Positions 26,877 through 35,987 of a stretch of DNA of 64,000 nucleotides are shown one piece after another. Both the position numbers and the translations under genes were made by a program. A model generated the notes under the pieces. The model did not search any database and was not told where the DNA came from. It was given only the letters and a program-made list of their open reading frames with translations. Source of the DNA: Bacillota bacterium (GTDB lineage Bacteria; Bacillota; Sulfobacillia; JAJZYS01; JAJYTV01); contig JAJZAT010000018.1 in NCBI GenBank assembly GCA_021799275.1, positions 661-64,660 of the forward strand, in the 5' to 3' direction. The stretch's first letter is position 1, and each line of letters begins with the position of its first letter.

Positions 26877-27108
26877 TCTCCTCTTCCTCCTCCAGGCTGT
26901 CGTTCTGCAAGGCGAGAGGGTCCCCGTCGATGACGATGACGACCTGGTAGCCCTTCGTCTTGGCGCGATGGAGCAGGGTGGCGACCGTGGACTCGCTCAG
27001 GGAGAGCTGACGCGCGATGACGTCCTGACGTACCCCTGTCTCCTTCAGGGTGACGACCTGCCGCTCCCGGAAGCTGAGGCGCTCCGCTCCCCTGATTTCC
27101 AGGTGCAC
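26860..27108 (-). CDS. Small sigma-70 region 4/LuxR-like HTH protein
   Basis: LSFRERQVVTLKETG...IARQLSLSESTVATLLHRA; AAGGAGG RBS. Confidence 0.8.
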   Translation of the reverse strand: MHLEIRGAERLSFRERQVVTLKETGVRQDVIARQLSLSESTVATLLHRAKTKGYQVVIVIDGDPLALQNDSLEEEEEIGEGS

Positions 27109-27127
27109 CCGCGCCTCGCCTCCTTGC

Positions 27128-27159
27128 TTGTCCACATTTTGTCCACATTTTGTGGATAG
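27128..27159. promoter_or_regulatory. Cluster of three DnaA-box-like 9-mers
   Basis: ttgtccaca twice and tgtggatag, each one mismatch from TTATCCACA. Confidence 0.55.
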
Positions 27160-27168
27160 AATGTCGGA

Positions 27169-27480
27169 TTAGATTCTGTGCCTGCGCCCGGACTCCTGCC
27201 AAGGCGCTCGCAGAATGTGCAGCAGGCCCGCCGCCAGCGCGCCGCCCGCGGCAAAGCCGACAGGCACGTAGGCCCTGAGATCGCCCAAGGTACCCAGGAA
27301 CAGCGCGGCGGCGGCGGCGATGCTCAGGATGCCGATCAAAGCGAACTCCAGCAGGGCACGCCAGAAGCCTCGCCGGCCGCAGGTGCGGGCGACGAGGAAC
27401 CAGAGCGGCACAAGGCAGAGGCCGACGGCGGCGGCCCACAGCAGGCGATCGAACTGCTCCGGCAAGGGCAGGTCGATCAT
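27169..27480 (-). CDS. yabQ: Spore cortex biosynthesis protein YabQ-like
   Basis: Hydrophobic, GDLRAYVPVGFAAG; overlaps yabP. Confidence 0.75.
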   Translation of the reverse strand: MIDLPLPEQFDRLLWAAAVGLCLVPLWFLVARTCGRRGFWRALLEFALIGILSIAAAAALFLGTLGDLRAYVPVGFAAGGALAAGLLHILRAPWQESGRRHRI

Positions 27481-27749
27481 CTGATCAGCCTGCCGAGCCG
27501 CCCCTTGCGCCGGCTTTCCTGCTGGTAGCTGAGCGTCACGATGCTGCCGTCCAGCTGGAGGTCCCCGTTCTCCAGGTCGAGATGCTTGATGTGGAGGTTC
27601 TCGCCCTTGACGGACAGCGTGCCCAGCTGCGTCGTAACGGCGATCTCGTGCTCGTCGAACGATTCCACCTTGGTCACGCCGGTCAGTTCCATGAGATGGC
27701 GGTCACGCAGGGTCAGGGCATGGTGCTTCTCGTCGGCGGCGCCGGCCAT
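27477..27749 (-). CDS. yabP: Sporulation protein YabP
   Basis: LTGVTKVESFDE...LGTLSVKGENLHIKHLDL. Confidence 0.93.
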   Translation of the reverse strand: MAGAADEKHHALTLRDRHLMELTGVTKVESFDEHEIAVTTQLGTLSVKGENLHIKHLDLENGDLQLDGSIVTLSYQQESRRKGRLGRLIR

Positions 27750-27888
27750 TGGGTCACCCCCTGATACGAGATGCTATGCGTGAGGAGGTCGGATGCTGCC
27801 TCGAAGGAGCGTCGGACCCACTGGCGAACTCAGGAGTGATCCCGGGCGCAGCGCCGCGGGACGGCCTTATGCATGAAGGAGTGGTCGG

Positions 27889-28674
27889 ATGTCCCCGATC
27901 TTCGCCCTCTGGGGCCGGATCTTGCGCACCAGGGCCGACGTCTACGTCCAGATGCTGCTGACGGTCGTGGGCGCGGCGCTCCTCGTGGGGCTCGTGGGAC
28001 TGATGGCCGTCGCCGCGCATGGACAGGGTTACGGGCTCGTCATCCTCATCGGCGTGGTGGCCGTGGTCGCCGAGCTCGCGTTCGGCTACGGGGCTGCCCT
28101 CGGCGCCCTTGGCGAGGCCGCGCGCGGCGATGCGCCGACCTCCTTCTGGGTGCGGGGCTACCGCCTCTGGGGACGCACGCTCGGCCTCTTCGGCGTCGAT
28201 CTTCTGGTTGGCATCGTGCTGACGATCGTCATCCTGATCCTGCTCGCCGCCACCGGCTCCTTCTCTGGCCTCAGCCACATCGTGACGTCTCCGGCCACAG
28301 TGAGCGTGGCGGCCGTCCGCCGGCTGTCTGCCGTCGTCGGCATCATCGTCTTCGTGCTGGTGATCGTCGTCGGCCCTTACATGCAGGCCGCCCAAGCGAT
28401 CGTCTACGTCAGCGAGGTTCCCGTGCTGCCGGCCTTCGGGCAGGCGTTCACGGAGGCCTACGGCCGCGGCCGCTTCGGCCACTGGCTTCTGGCGCTCCTG
28501 ATCGCCGTGGTCCTGGACCTCGTCGCCAGCCTGATCGAACAGCTCCTTGGCACGCCCGGCCAGCTCCTGGGCATCCTCCTGAGCCCTGCCGTCCTGTGGG
28601 TCTCGACGGCCCTGGCCTTCGCCGTCTACCGCACGCACAGCCTTGGCTCCGCGCCGGCCGACATCATCTCCTGA
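27889..28674 (+). CDS. Hypothetical integral membrane protein
   Basis: About 6 TM segments, AAGGAG RBS. Confidence 0.7.
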   Translation: MSPIFALWGRILRTRADVYVQMLLTVVGAALLVGLVGLMAVAAHGQGYGLVILIGVVAVVAELAFGYGAALGALGEAARGDAPTSFWVRGYRLWGRTLGLFGVDLLVGIVLTIVILILLAATGSFSGLSHIVTSPATVSVAAVRRLSAVVGIIVFVLVIVVGPYMQAAQAIVYVSEVPVLPAFGQAFTEAYGRGRFGHWLLALLIAVVLDLVASLIEQLLGTPGQLLGILLSPAVLWVSTALAFAVYRTHSLGSAPADIIS

Positions 28675-28686
28675 GGAGGTACCTCC

Positions 28687-28989
28687 ATGCTCCGTCACGT
28701 CTTGCTGCTGAGGTTCAAGGATGGTGTGGCCCCGAACGAGATCGCGGCGCTGGACAGCGCGTTCCGGGCGCTCATCCGGGAGATTCCGGCGGTCGCGGAA
28801 GGACACGTCGGGACGAAGCTCGGCCTGCCGGGCAGCTCGGGCGTGCCTGCCGACTACGCGGTCACGCTGGACTTCCGCTCGCCCGATGATTTCACCGCCT
28901 ATATCGAGGACCCGAGGCATCAGAAGTTTGTGCGCGAGATCCTGAGCCCCTTGCGCGAAGCGGGCTGGTCGGCACAGATCGAGCTCTAG
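28687..28989 (+). CDS. Dabb (stress-responsive A/B barrel) protein
   Basis: MLRHVLLLRFK...F....Y..DPRH. Confidence 0.85.
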   Translation: MLRHVLLLRFKDGVAPNEIAALDSAFRALIREIPAVAEGHVGTKLGLPGSSGVPADYAVTLDFRSPDDFTAYIEDPRHQKFVREILSPLREAGWSAQIEL

Positions 28990-29098
28990 CAGCCGCTCGA
29001 GTCATCGCTGCTCCGGGCGATGCGATCAGGCGCGACACCGATCGGCGATCATCCCGGACCTCTGAAGACGTCGGAGCGCCGCGAAGTGGGGTGGTCGC

Positions 29099-29902
29099 GT
29101 GTCGCAAGCGGCTCTCCTCCTGGCGCTCGGCTCCGCCGTGCTGCACGTGCTCTGGAACGCGGCCGCGCGGCAGGAGAGCGGGCGCCTTCGCTTTATGTGG
29201 CTTCTCGCCGGCTCGTCCGCCGTCCTGGCGCTCCTCCTGTCCGTGGGGCTCTGGCGGGAAGCCGCCTGGCCCGATCTCTGGCCGTACCTGATCGCCACCG
29301 CCGTGGTGCACGCCCTCTACTTCACGTCGCTGGCCGCCGCGTACCGCACCGGCGAGCTGCATTGGGCCTACACGCTTTCGCGCGCCGGTGGGGTGCTGCT
29401 CGCGTCCCTCGCCGCCCTCTGGCTGCTCGGGCAGACCGTCCGCCCCCTGAGCTGGGCCGCCATCGCGCTCGTGCTCCTTGGCAGCGTGCTCGTATCGGGC
29501 AGGCCCCAGCGGCCGCGGGACCTCCTGCGCGTCGCCTGGATCGGCCTCCTGATCGCGGCGTACACCTTCATCGACAGCCGCGGCGTGCAGTACGCGCCGC
29601 CGCTCCTCTACATCGCCCTCCTGTACACCGGCGCCACCTTGCTGACGGCGCCATTCGCCCTGCGGGCCGAGCCCGGTCCCGGCGACCGCCTCGCGCCGAT
29701 CTTCGGCGCCCTCAGCCTCGCGTCGTACCTGCTGCTGCTCTACGCCTACCGGCTGGGTCCGCTGGCGCCCACGGTGGCCATCCGCCAGACGGCGCCGCTG
29801 TTCGCGGCGGGGCTCGGCTACCTCAGGCTGCGCGAGCGCCCGACGCCTCTCGCGTGGGCCGGCACCGTGCTCGTCGTCGTCGGTGCGATCCTCCTTGCCT
29901 GA
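29099..29902 (+). CDS. EamA/DMT family transporter
   Basis: SAVLHVLWN, AYRTGE..WAY.L.R, IAAYTFID, LRE motifs. Confidence 0.85.
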   Translation: MSQAALLLALGSAVLHVLWNAAARQESGRLRFMWLLAGSSAVLALLLSVGLWREAAWPDLWPYLIATAVVHALYFTSLAAAYRTGELHWAYTLSRAGGVLLASLAALWLLGQTVRPLSWAAIALVLLGSVLVSGRPQRPRDLLRVAWIGLLIAAYTFIDSRGVQYAPPLLYIALLYTGATLLTAPFALRAEPGPGDRLAPIFGALSLASYLLLLYAYRLGPLAPTVAIRQTAPLFAAGLGYLRLRERPTPLAWAGTVLVVVGAILLA

Positions 29903-29905
29903 ACC

Positions 29906-30970
29906 CTAGAAGATGCTCGTGTGCCGGAGCTGCGTCCAGATGTCCGGGTTTTCGCCGCCAAGCTCCCAGAGGGCGATGCCGCCCAGGCGCGAGGCCTTGG
30001 CCAGCGCGAGTTTCTGGCCGAACGAGCGCTGGTCCTCATACCAGACGTCGTGGTGCACGCCGCCGTCCGTGTAGCTGAAGTGGTATTCCTGCGACGCCGC
30101 ATCCCAGGTGGGCGAGATGCCGTACTTCTTCAGGAGCGCCTGGGCCTGCAGCGTTGTGACCGTAGTCGTCTGGCCCGAGCTCCTCCAGTCGTAGCCGTAG
30201 GTGGCGACACCGAGGTAGATCCTCTCGCTGCGGATGTGCCCAAGCGCGAAGTTCACGTTGTTGCGCACCCAGGGCAGCGGCGCGACAGGGCCGGGAGGAC
30301 CGCCCTGGTAATGGTGGTCGTAGGCCATGATGACGACCGCGTCCGTGACCTTGCCGAGCGCCGGGTAATCGTACGGATAGCTCATGTCCTTGGTGATCCC
30401 CACCTTGGGGAATACGGCGACGCCGAGCCCCTTGCCCTCGCGGTGCAGGGCCTTGCCAAGGTCGTTCAGGAAGGTGGAGAGGTCGTCCCGGGAGTAGGGC
30501 GCGAGCAGTTCGAAGTCGATCAGCACGCCGTCGTAGCCGTGGCGCTTCACCAGGCTCTCGATCGTGCCGATCATCCGGGTCCGTGTCGAGGTGCTGTACA
30601 TGGGATCGGTGCCGGAATTGCCGATCAGCGGCCAGACGAAGCTGCGGTGGCTGTGCGCGAACTTCGTCACCTGCGGCGCCGCCATGTCGTTCGTCAGGTT
30701 GCCTGAAGCGTTGATGCGGTACCAGTACGGACTCGTGATCTGGATCTGCTTGGCGTGAGCCACAAGGGAAGCCCAGGCTGTGCCCGGACCGGTGCCCTGG
30801 TTCTCGTAGAAGCCGATCACCATCGGGCGCCAGAACAGCGAGAATGCCGTGCGGGGCACGGATGTATGGTGGGGCGACTTGGCCGGCCTCGCAAACAGGA
30901 AGATCAGCAGCACCAGAAAGAGCGCCCCAACCAGCGCGGGATAACGCCAGCGGCGCAGGAGCTCGTCCAT
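29906..30970 (-). CDS. GH18 glycosyl hydrolase (spore cortex-lytic YaaH/SleL-like)
   Basis: YDGVLIDFE, IMAYD, YGYDW, GIALWELG; N-terminal TM. Confidence 0.88.
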   Translation of the reverse strand: MDELLRRWRYPALVGALFLVLLIFLFARPAKSPHHTSVPRTAFSLFWRPMVIGFYENQGTGPGTAWASLVAHAKQIQITSPYWYRINASGNLTNDMAAPQVTKFAHSHRSFVWPLIGNSGTDPMYSTSTRTRMIGTIESLVKRHGYDGVLIDFELLAPYSRDDLSTFLNDLGKALHREGKGLGVAVFPKVGITKDMSYPYDYPALGKVTDAVVIMAYDHHYQGGPPGPVAPLPWVRNNVNFALGHIRSERIYLGVATYGYDWRSSGQTTTVTTLQAQALLKKYGISPTWDAASQEYHFSYTDGGVHHDVWYEDQRSFGQKLALAKASRLGGIALWELGGENPDIWTQLRHTSIF

Positions 30971-31061
30971 GGCTCCCCTCCCTCCGCTTCCTAGGCTGGC
31001 CGATGGCTCTTCAGCGATGCATGGCAAGAAGCGGGCGGGGCATCGCCCCGCCCGCCCAACC

Positions 31062-31334
31062 TCACTCGATCGCGCCAGGTCCCTTCTGGCGCACCCAGAG
31101 CACCTCGTAAAGTTCGTCCGATCCACGCGGCACGGGTCGATCGGGCACCATGAGCACGCGCAGGGCCGTCTCCCTGCCGCCGATGTCGACCACCATCTCG
31201 TCGCCAACGCGGACCTCAGAAGCCGGCTTCGCGGGCTTGCCGTTCAGCGTGACACGGCCTGTTTCCGCGGCGTCGTGCGCGATGGTCCGACGCTTGATCA
31301 CACGCGCCACCTTGAGCCACTTGTCGAGGCGCAG
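31062..31334 (-). CDS. yabO: S4 RNA-binding protein (RqcP/YabO)
   Basis: RLDKWLKVARVIKRRTIA; apparent CTG start 7 nt after GGAGG. Confidence 0.9.
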   Translation of the reverse strand: MRLDKWLKVARVIKRRTIAHDAAETGRVTLNGKPAKPASEVRVGDEMVVDIGGRETALRVLMVPDRPVPRGSDELYEVLWVRQKGPGAIE

Positions 31335-31359
31335 GACGTCACCTCCCTCGAAGCGCGAA

Positions 31360-31395
31360 GGGAGCCGGGGCATCCTGAGGATGTCCCGGCTCCCC
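31360..31395 (-). terminator. Hairpin after the HU gene
   Basis: GGGAGCCGGGACATCC TCA GGATGCCCCGGCTCCC. Confidence 0.6.
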
Positions 31396-31406
31396 GCAGT
31401 GCGCCC

Positions 31407-31682
31407 TTACTTGGCGACCGAGTCCTTGAGAGCCTTGCCGGCCTTGAAGGCGGGCACGCGGCTCGCGGGAATCTTGATCTCCTTCTTGGTCTGCGGGTTC
31501 AGGCCCTTGCGCGCAGCGCGCGACCGAACCTCGAAGGTACCGAAGCCAACGAGCGACACCTTGTCTCCACCGGTCAGAGCTTCCTCGACCGCTTCAACGA
31601 AGGCGGTGACCGCCTTGTCCGCGTCCTTCTTGCTCATCCCGGCGCGTTCGGCGACCTTCGCAACCAGCTCGGTCTTGTTCGT
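31407..31682 (-). CDS. hup: DNA-binding protein HU
   Basis: NKTELV...[18 protein letters not shown]...PAFKAGK; apparent ACG start. Confidence 0.96.
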   Translation of the reverse strand, partial: TNKTELVAKVAERAGMSKKDADKAVTAFVEAVEEALTGGDKVSLVGFGTFEVRSRAARKGLNPQTKKEIKIPASRVPAFKAGKALKDSVAK

Positions 31683-31713
31683 AGGTACCCCTCCCTGTGC
31701 CGATTGTCGACGC

Positions 31714-32925
31714 CTAAGATTCGTCAATTGGCCACCCATTCCTGCTTTGCTCGCCCATAATCTGCGCAGATTGTGCTATTTTCCACGCCTGCGAGGCCTT
31801 TTCCGACCCCGCGGCGGACAGGCGCTGGCCAAGCAGTGCCTCGGCACGCCTGCAGCGCGCCTTCAGCGCAGAGAGCGAGCGGCGCGCCTCGAGTTCCAGA
31901 TCCTCTCCGGCGGCCACGCGCCCCTCGAAAAGTGCGGTGTAGCCGCCCTCTCCAAATTCCTGAATGCCACAGCGCATGAGTTTGCGCATGGCCTTCTCAA
32001 GCGCTGCAAGAGAGGATAATGAGGCGGGTATGCCGTCAAGTTCGCTTTGCCGACGCGTCCCCTCCTCCGTCTTGAGCTGCTCCCAGCGCGGCAGGAAGTC
32101 CTGCGCGCTTGCGTAGTGCTCGTCGCCGAACACGTGCGGGTGGCGGCGCACGAGTTTGCGCCACAGACCGTCCGTGATGTCGCTGAGGGTAAAGGTCCCC
32201 TCTTCGCGACCGAGCTCGCCATGGAACAGCACTTGCAGCAGCAAGTCTCCCAGTTCTTCCACAATCCCATGCAGATCGGCGTCGGAAAGCGCGTCATATG
32301 CCTCCGCGGCTTCCTCCAGCAGATAGGGCAGGAGGCTCAGGTGCGTCTGCTCACGATCCCAAGGGCAGCCGTCCGGCGCGCGCAGGATGGCCATGACGGC
32401 CGCCGCGGCGGCAAAAGGCAGCGCCGTGTCGCCGCCAAACGGCGGCACATAGAGGACGTCCCCCGGCTCGCGCAATGCCGCGAGCTCCGCAAGCGGCCCA
32501 TCCCGCCGTCGCCCGCTGCCGATCAGCAGACCCCGGCTCAGCGTCAAAAGCGCGTCGGGCAGGCCCGGATCGCCGTCACCGTACACGACAACGCCCTGAC
32601 CGGCCGGCCAGGGATCCCGGCGGCTCGCATGCCGGCTGACGCTGGCCCCGGGCAGCCCGAGCTCCAGGACCAGCGGCCGCGCGAACTGCACCGCAGCGCC
32701 CTGCCTGAGTCCCGCGTGTAGCCAGGGGTCGTCCACCTCCGGCCCACCGGGAAGCAACATGACATCATCCGCAGCGAAGCGCTCCGGAAGCTCGGTTGTG
32801 GCCCTGAGCCCCCTGGGTGCGAGGACGGTCCGATCGATGCCTGCCGGCGCGAACAGCCGGCCGGACGTCAAGGGCGGCAGATCCTGCCCGAAGCCGATGC
32901 CGAAGATCCGCACGTGCGCCATCAT
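31714..32925 (-). CDS. mazG: YabN/MazG nucleoside triphosphate pyrophosphohydrolase
   Basis: [40 protein letters not shown]. Confidence 0.9.
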   Translation of the reverse strand: MMAHVRIFGIGFGQDLPPLTSGRLFAPAGIDRTVLAPRGLRATTELPERFAADDVMLLPGGPEVDDPWLHAGLRQGAAVQFARPLVLELGLPGASVSRHASRRDPWPAGQGVVVYGDGDPGLPDALLTLSRGLLIGSGRRRDGPLAELAALREPGDVLYVPPFGGDTALPFAAAAAVMAILRAPDGCPWDREQTHLSLLPYLLEEAAEAYDALSDADLHGIVEELGDLLLQVLFHGELGREEGTFTLSDITDGLWRKLVRRHPHVFGDEHYASAQDFLPRWEQLKTEEGTRRQSELDGIPASLSSLAALEKAMRKLMRCGIQEFGEGGYTALFEGRVAAGEDLELEARRSLSALKARCRRAEALLGQRLSAAGSEKASQAWKIAQSAQIMGEQSRNGWPIDES

Positions 32926-34448
32926 CTCCTGCCCAGCAGCATGCTCCGCAGCCGCTGCACCATGCTGCGAAGGGCTTCCCGCTCACCCGGGCCGAACCCT
33001 CCCAGGACTCCCAGCAGGATGAGGTACGTCACGCCGCCGGCCCCGATCGCGACCAGAGTGCCGAGCCCCGTGGAGGGGGCCATTAGGCGCAAGACGACGG
33101 CCATTCCCAGCACCGCGGCGATCGGTGGCAGGGCCCAACTGCCGAGCATCGGCTGCCGCGTGAGGCGGCTCGCGGACGACACGTTCAGGCCGGCCCAGAC
33201 GAGGTAGGCCGTACTCGTGGCCAGCGCGGCGCCGATGATGCCGACCTGCCGAACCAGCACGACGCTCAGCAGGAGCTTCGCGAGCGTGGCGATGCCGAGG
33301 TTCGCGAGCGGCCGCCAGGTGTGCCCCTGTCCCTGCAGGGCGGCCGCCGCCACCTGGCCGAAACCGAACAGCAGCGCGCTCGGCGCGAGCGCCGTCAGGG
33401 TGGGGGCGGCCGCAGGGCTGCCGAAGAAGAGCCGGACGATCGGCCCGCTCAGCATGAAGAGACCCACCGCGGCCGGCAGCAGCCAGCGGAAGGCCGCCGC
33501 CAGCGCGTCGCGCGTCAGGGTCCTTGCCGCAGCCCCGTCGCCCCTGGCCGTCGCCGTGGACACGGCCGGCACCAGCGCCACCGCGATGGCGCCGCTGAGG
33601 ATGGCCGGCAAGGCCACGAGCGGCATCGCGTAGCCGCTTAGGACCCCGTAGGCCCCGGTGCGCATGTGGGCGCCGTAGCCGCGCTGCTGCAGGGCCGACG
33701 GCACGATGACAAGGTCGACGAGTTGCATCATCGGCACGCCAAGCCCTGTCACCGTGATCGGCAGGGCGAGGCCGAGCAGTTCCGTGAGAATCCGCCTGGT
33801 CGGCATGCCGCGGCGTCCCCCGCGCGGCGGCGGCCTGAGGCGCCTCAGGAGCACCAGTACGGCGAGGCCCGCCAGCGCGCCGAGGCCCGCGGCACCGGCC
33901 GCACCGGCGGCTGCCCACGCGACACCCAAGGGACGCAGCACATAGGCGAGGACGATAATGCCGACCACGCGGACGAGCTGCTCCAGCACCTGCGAGATCG
34001 CCGTCGGCGCCATCTGCTGATAGCCCTGGAAGTAGCCTCTCAAGGCCGACATCGCCGCAACCAGCAGCACAGCGGGCGCCACGGCCGCGATCGCGAGCGC
34101 CGCGCGGGGGTCTCGCGCGACGTTCTGAGCCAGCCAGGGAGCCGCGAGAAGCAGTCCTGTGGCGCCCAGGATGCCGAGCACCAGCAGCACGGTCGTGGCG
34201 ACGCGCAGGATGCGCTCGGCTTCGCGATGCGCCCCCCGCGCGACGCTCTGGGCGACGAGACGCGAAACGGCCACCGGCAGACCGCCGGTGGCGATGGCCA
34301 GGGTCAGGGCGTAAGCGGGGTAGGCCATGTGGTAGAGGCCAACGCCCTCCGGGCCGAGGAGCCGTGGCAGAAGCAGCCGGTAGAGTCCGAGGAGGCGGCT
34401 GAGGATGCCCCCGAGCAGGAGAAGTCCGGTACCCTGCCAGAACGCCAA
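32922..34448 (-). CDS. MurJ/SpoVB/YabM family flippase
   Basis: LSRLLG, GLPVAVSR, RGYFQG...TAISQVLEQ; synteny with yabN. Confidence 0.88.
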   Translation of the reverse strand: MAFWQGTGLLLLGGILSRLLGLYRLLLPRLLGPEGVGLYHMAYPAYALTLAIATGGLPVAVSRLVAQSVARGAHREAERILRVATTVLLVLGILGATGLLLAAPWLAQNVARDPRAALAIAAVAPAVLLVAAMSALRGYFQGYQQMAPTAISQVLEQLVRVVGIIVLAYVLRPLGVAWAAAGAAGAAGLGALAGLAVLVLLRRLRPPPRGGRRGMPTRRILTELLGLALPITVTGLGVPMMQLVDLVIVPSALQQRGYGAHMRTGAYGVLSGYAMPLVALPAILSGAIAVALVPAVSTATARGDGAAARTLTRDALAAAFRWLLPAAVGLFMLSGPIVRLFFGSPAAAPTLTALAPSALLFGFGQVAAAALQGQGHTWRPLANLGIATLAKLLLSVVLVRQVGIIGAALATSTAYLVWAGLNVSSASRLTRQPMLGSWALPPIAAVLGMAVVLRLMAPSTGLGTLVAIGAGGVTYLILLGVLGGFGPGEREALRSMVQRLRSMLLGRR

Positions 34449-34541
34449 GGGCCGACACCCCCATACAGTTCATGCGGGCGTCGCCGGCATATGCAGAAGG
34501 GCCGCCGCTCACGAGGAGCGGCGGCCCGGGAGGTTTTCGGT

Positions 34542-35987
34542 CTAGAGCCCGTACATGGCGTGCGCCGCGTGCTGCAGCACCGTCGTCACGAGGGACGGCA
34601 GCAGGCCGAGCACCAGCGTGCCGACGAGCATAGCGCCCACGGCGAACTGCTGGGCCCAGTGCGCCTTCTCGGCCACGGGAGCCTCGGCCTCGGCGTGCTG
34701 GAACATGTATGCGATCGGCCTCAGGTAGTAGTAGAGGCTGATCATCGTTCCCACAAGGATCGCGATGGCGAGCAGCAGGCCGCCCGACGCGACGGCGGCG
34801 CGCAGGATGTAGAACTTGCCCGGGAAGCCCACGAGCGGCGGAATCGAGGCGAGCGAGAGCAGGAAGAGCGTCATGGCGCTCGCTAGCCACGGCCGGCGGT
34901 AGAAGAGCCCGCGGTAGGCGGGAAGCTCCGCGCCCTCCTCGTTCTCGCCCGAGAGTGCGCCGACGACGGCGAACGCGCCGAGGTTCATGAAGGCGTATGC
35001 CACGATGTAGAACATGCCCGAACCGATGCCGGTCTGGCTGTTCGCGACGATGGCGACGACGAGGTAGCCGGCCTGGGCGATACCGGAGTAGGCCAGCATG
35101 CGCTTCATGTTGGTCTGGCGCAGCGCTGCCAGGTTGCCGTAGAGGAGGGTCAGCACCGCGATGAAGCTGAGGACTGGTTGCCAGTGCACCAGCGCGGCAG
35201 GCAGCGCCACGGTGAGCAGGCGCGCCAGCACGCCGAACGCGGCGGCCTTCGTCCCGACCGACATGAAGGCGGTGACCGGCGTCGGTGCGCCTTCGTAGAC
35301 GTCGGGAACCCAGTTCTGGAACGGCACCAGGGCGAGCTTGAACGCGAGTCCGGCCATCACGAGGCCGGCGCCAAGTTCGAGGTAGAGCGGCTGGGTGCCG
35401 ACGTTCTGCAGGAGCGCCGTCTGAATGCCCTGCAGCGTGACCGACCCTGTCGCGCCGTAGAGGAAGGCTAGGCCGTAGAGGAAGATGCCGGAGGAGAAGG
35501 CCCCGATCAAGAGGTACTTCATCGCGGCCTCGCCGGACTTCTCGCGGTGGCGGCGGAAGCCCGAGAGGATGTAGAGCGGCAGCGACAACACCTCGAGGCC
35601 GAGGAAGATGGAGAGGAGTTCGACGGCGGACGTCATCACTATCATGCCGATCGCCGCCCAGAGCACGAGCGCCACGTAATCCGAGCCCGGCTCCACCTCG
35701 CGCAGGCCGAGGAGAAGTCCGGCGAAAGCGGAGATCAGGATGGCGGCATCCATGGCGATGGAGAAGTGATCGGCGACGATGGCGCCGCCGAACGACGCCT
35801 GCACCGGACCCTGCCAGAGGATCGGCAGGGTGCCGAGGGCCACGAGGACACCGATGGCCCCGAGGTAGTTGAGCGCGGGACTGTGCCGCTCGCGCATGAA
35901 GAGCGCGATCAGCAGCACCAGCACGGACGTGACGAGCAGCACGATCTCCGGCAGGATGCCCAGCGGGTTGATGACAGGGAAGTTCAC
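34542..35987 (-). CDS. nuoN: NADH-quinone oxidoreductase subunit N
   Basis: EAAMKY, FKLALVPF..WVPDVYEGAP. Confidence 0.95.
   Translation of the reverse strand: MNFPVINPLGILPEIVLLVTSVLVLLIALFMRERHSPALNYLGAIGVLVALGTLPILWQGPVQASFGGAIVADHFSIAMDAAILISAFAGLLLGLREVEPGSDYVALVLWAAIGMIVMTSAVELLSIFLGLEVLSLPLYILSGFRRHREKSGEAAMKYLLIGAFSSGIFLYGLAFLYGATGSVTLQGIQTALLQNVGTQPLYLELGAGLVMAGLAFKLALVPFQNWVPDVYEGAPTPVTAFMSVGTKAAAFGVLARLLTVALPAALVHWQPVLSFIAVLTLLYGNLAALRQTNMKRMLAYSGIAQAGYLVVAIVANSQTGIGSGMFYIVAYAFMNLGAFAVVGALSGENEEGAELPAYRGLFYRRPWLASAMTLFLLSLASIPPLVGFPGKFYILRAAVASGGLLLAIAILVGTMISLYYYLRPIAYMFQHAEAEAPVAEKAHWAQQFAVGAMLVGTLVLGLLPSLVTTVLQHAAHAMYGL

Noticed and set aside
27771-27778. Sigma-E-like -10 (CATAGCAT) upstream of yabP
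   Set aside because: Plausible from synteny, but no convincing -35 and too short to support
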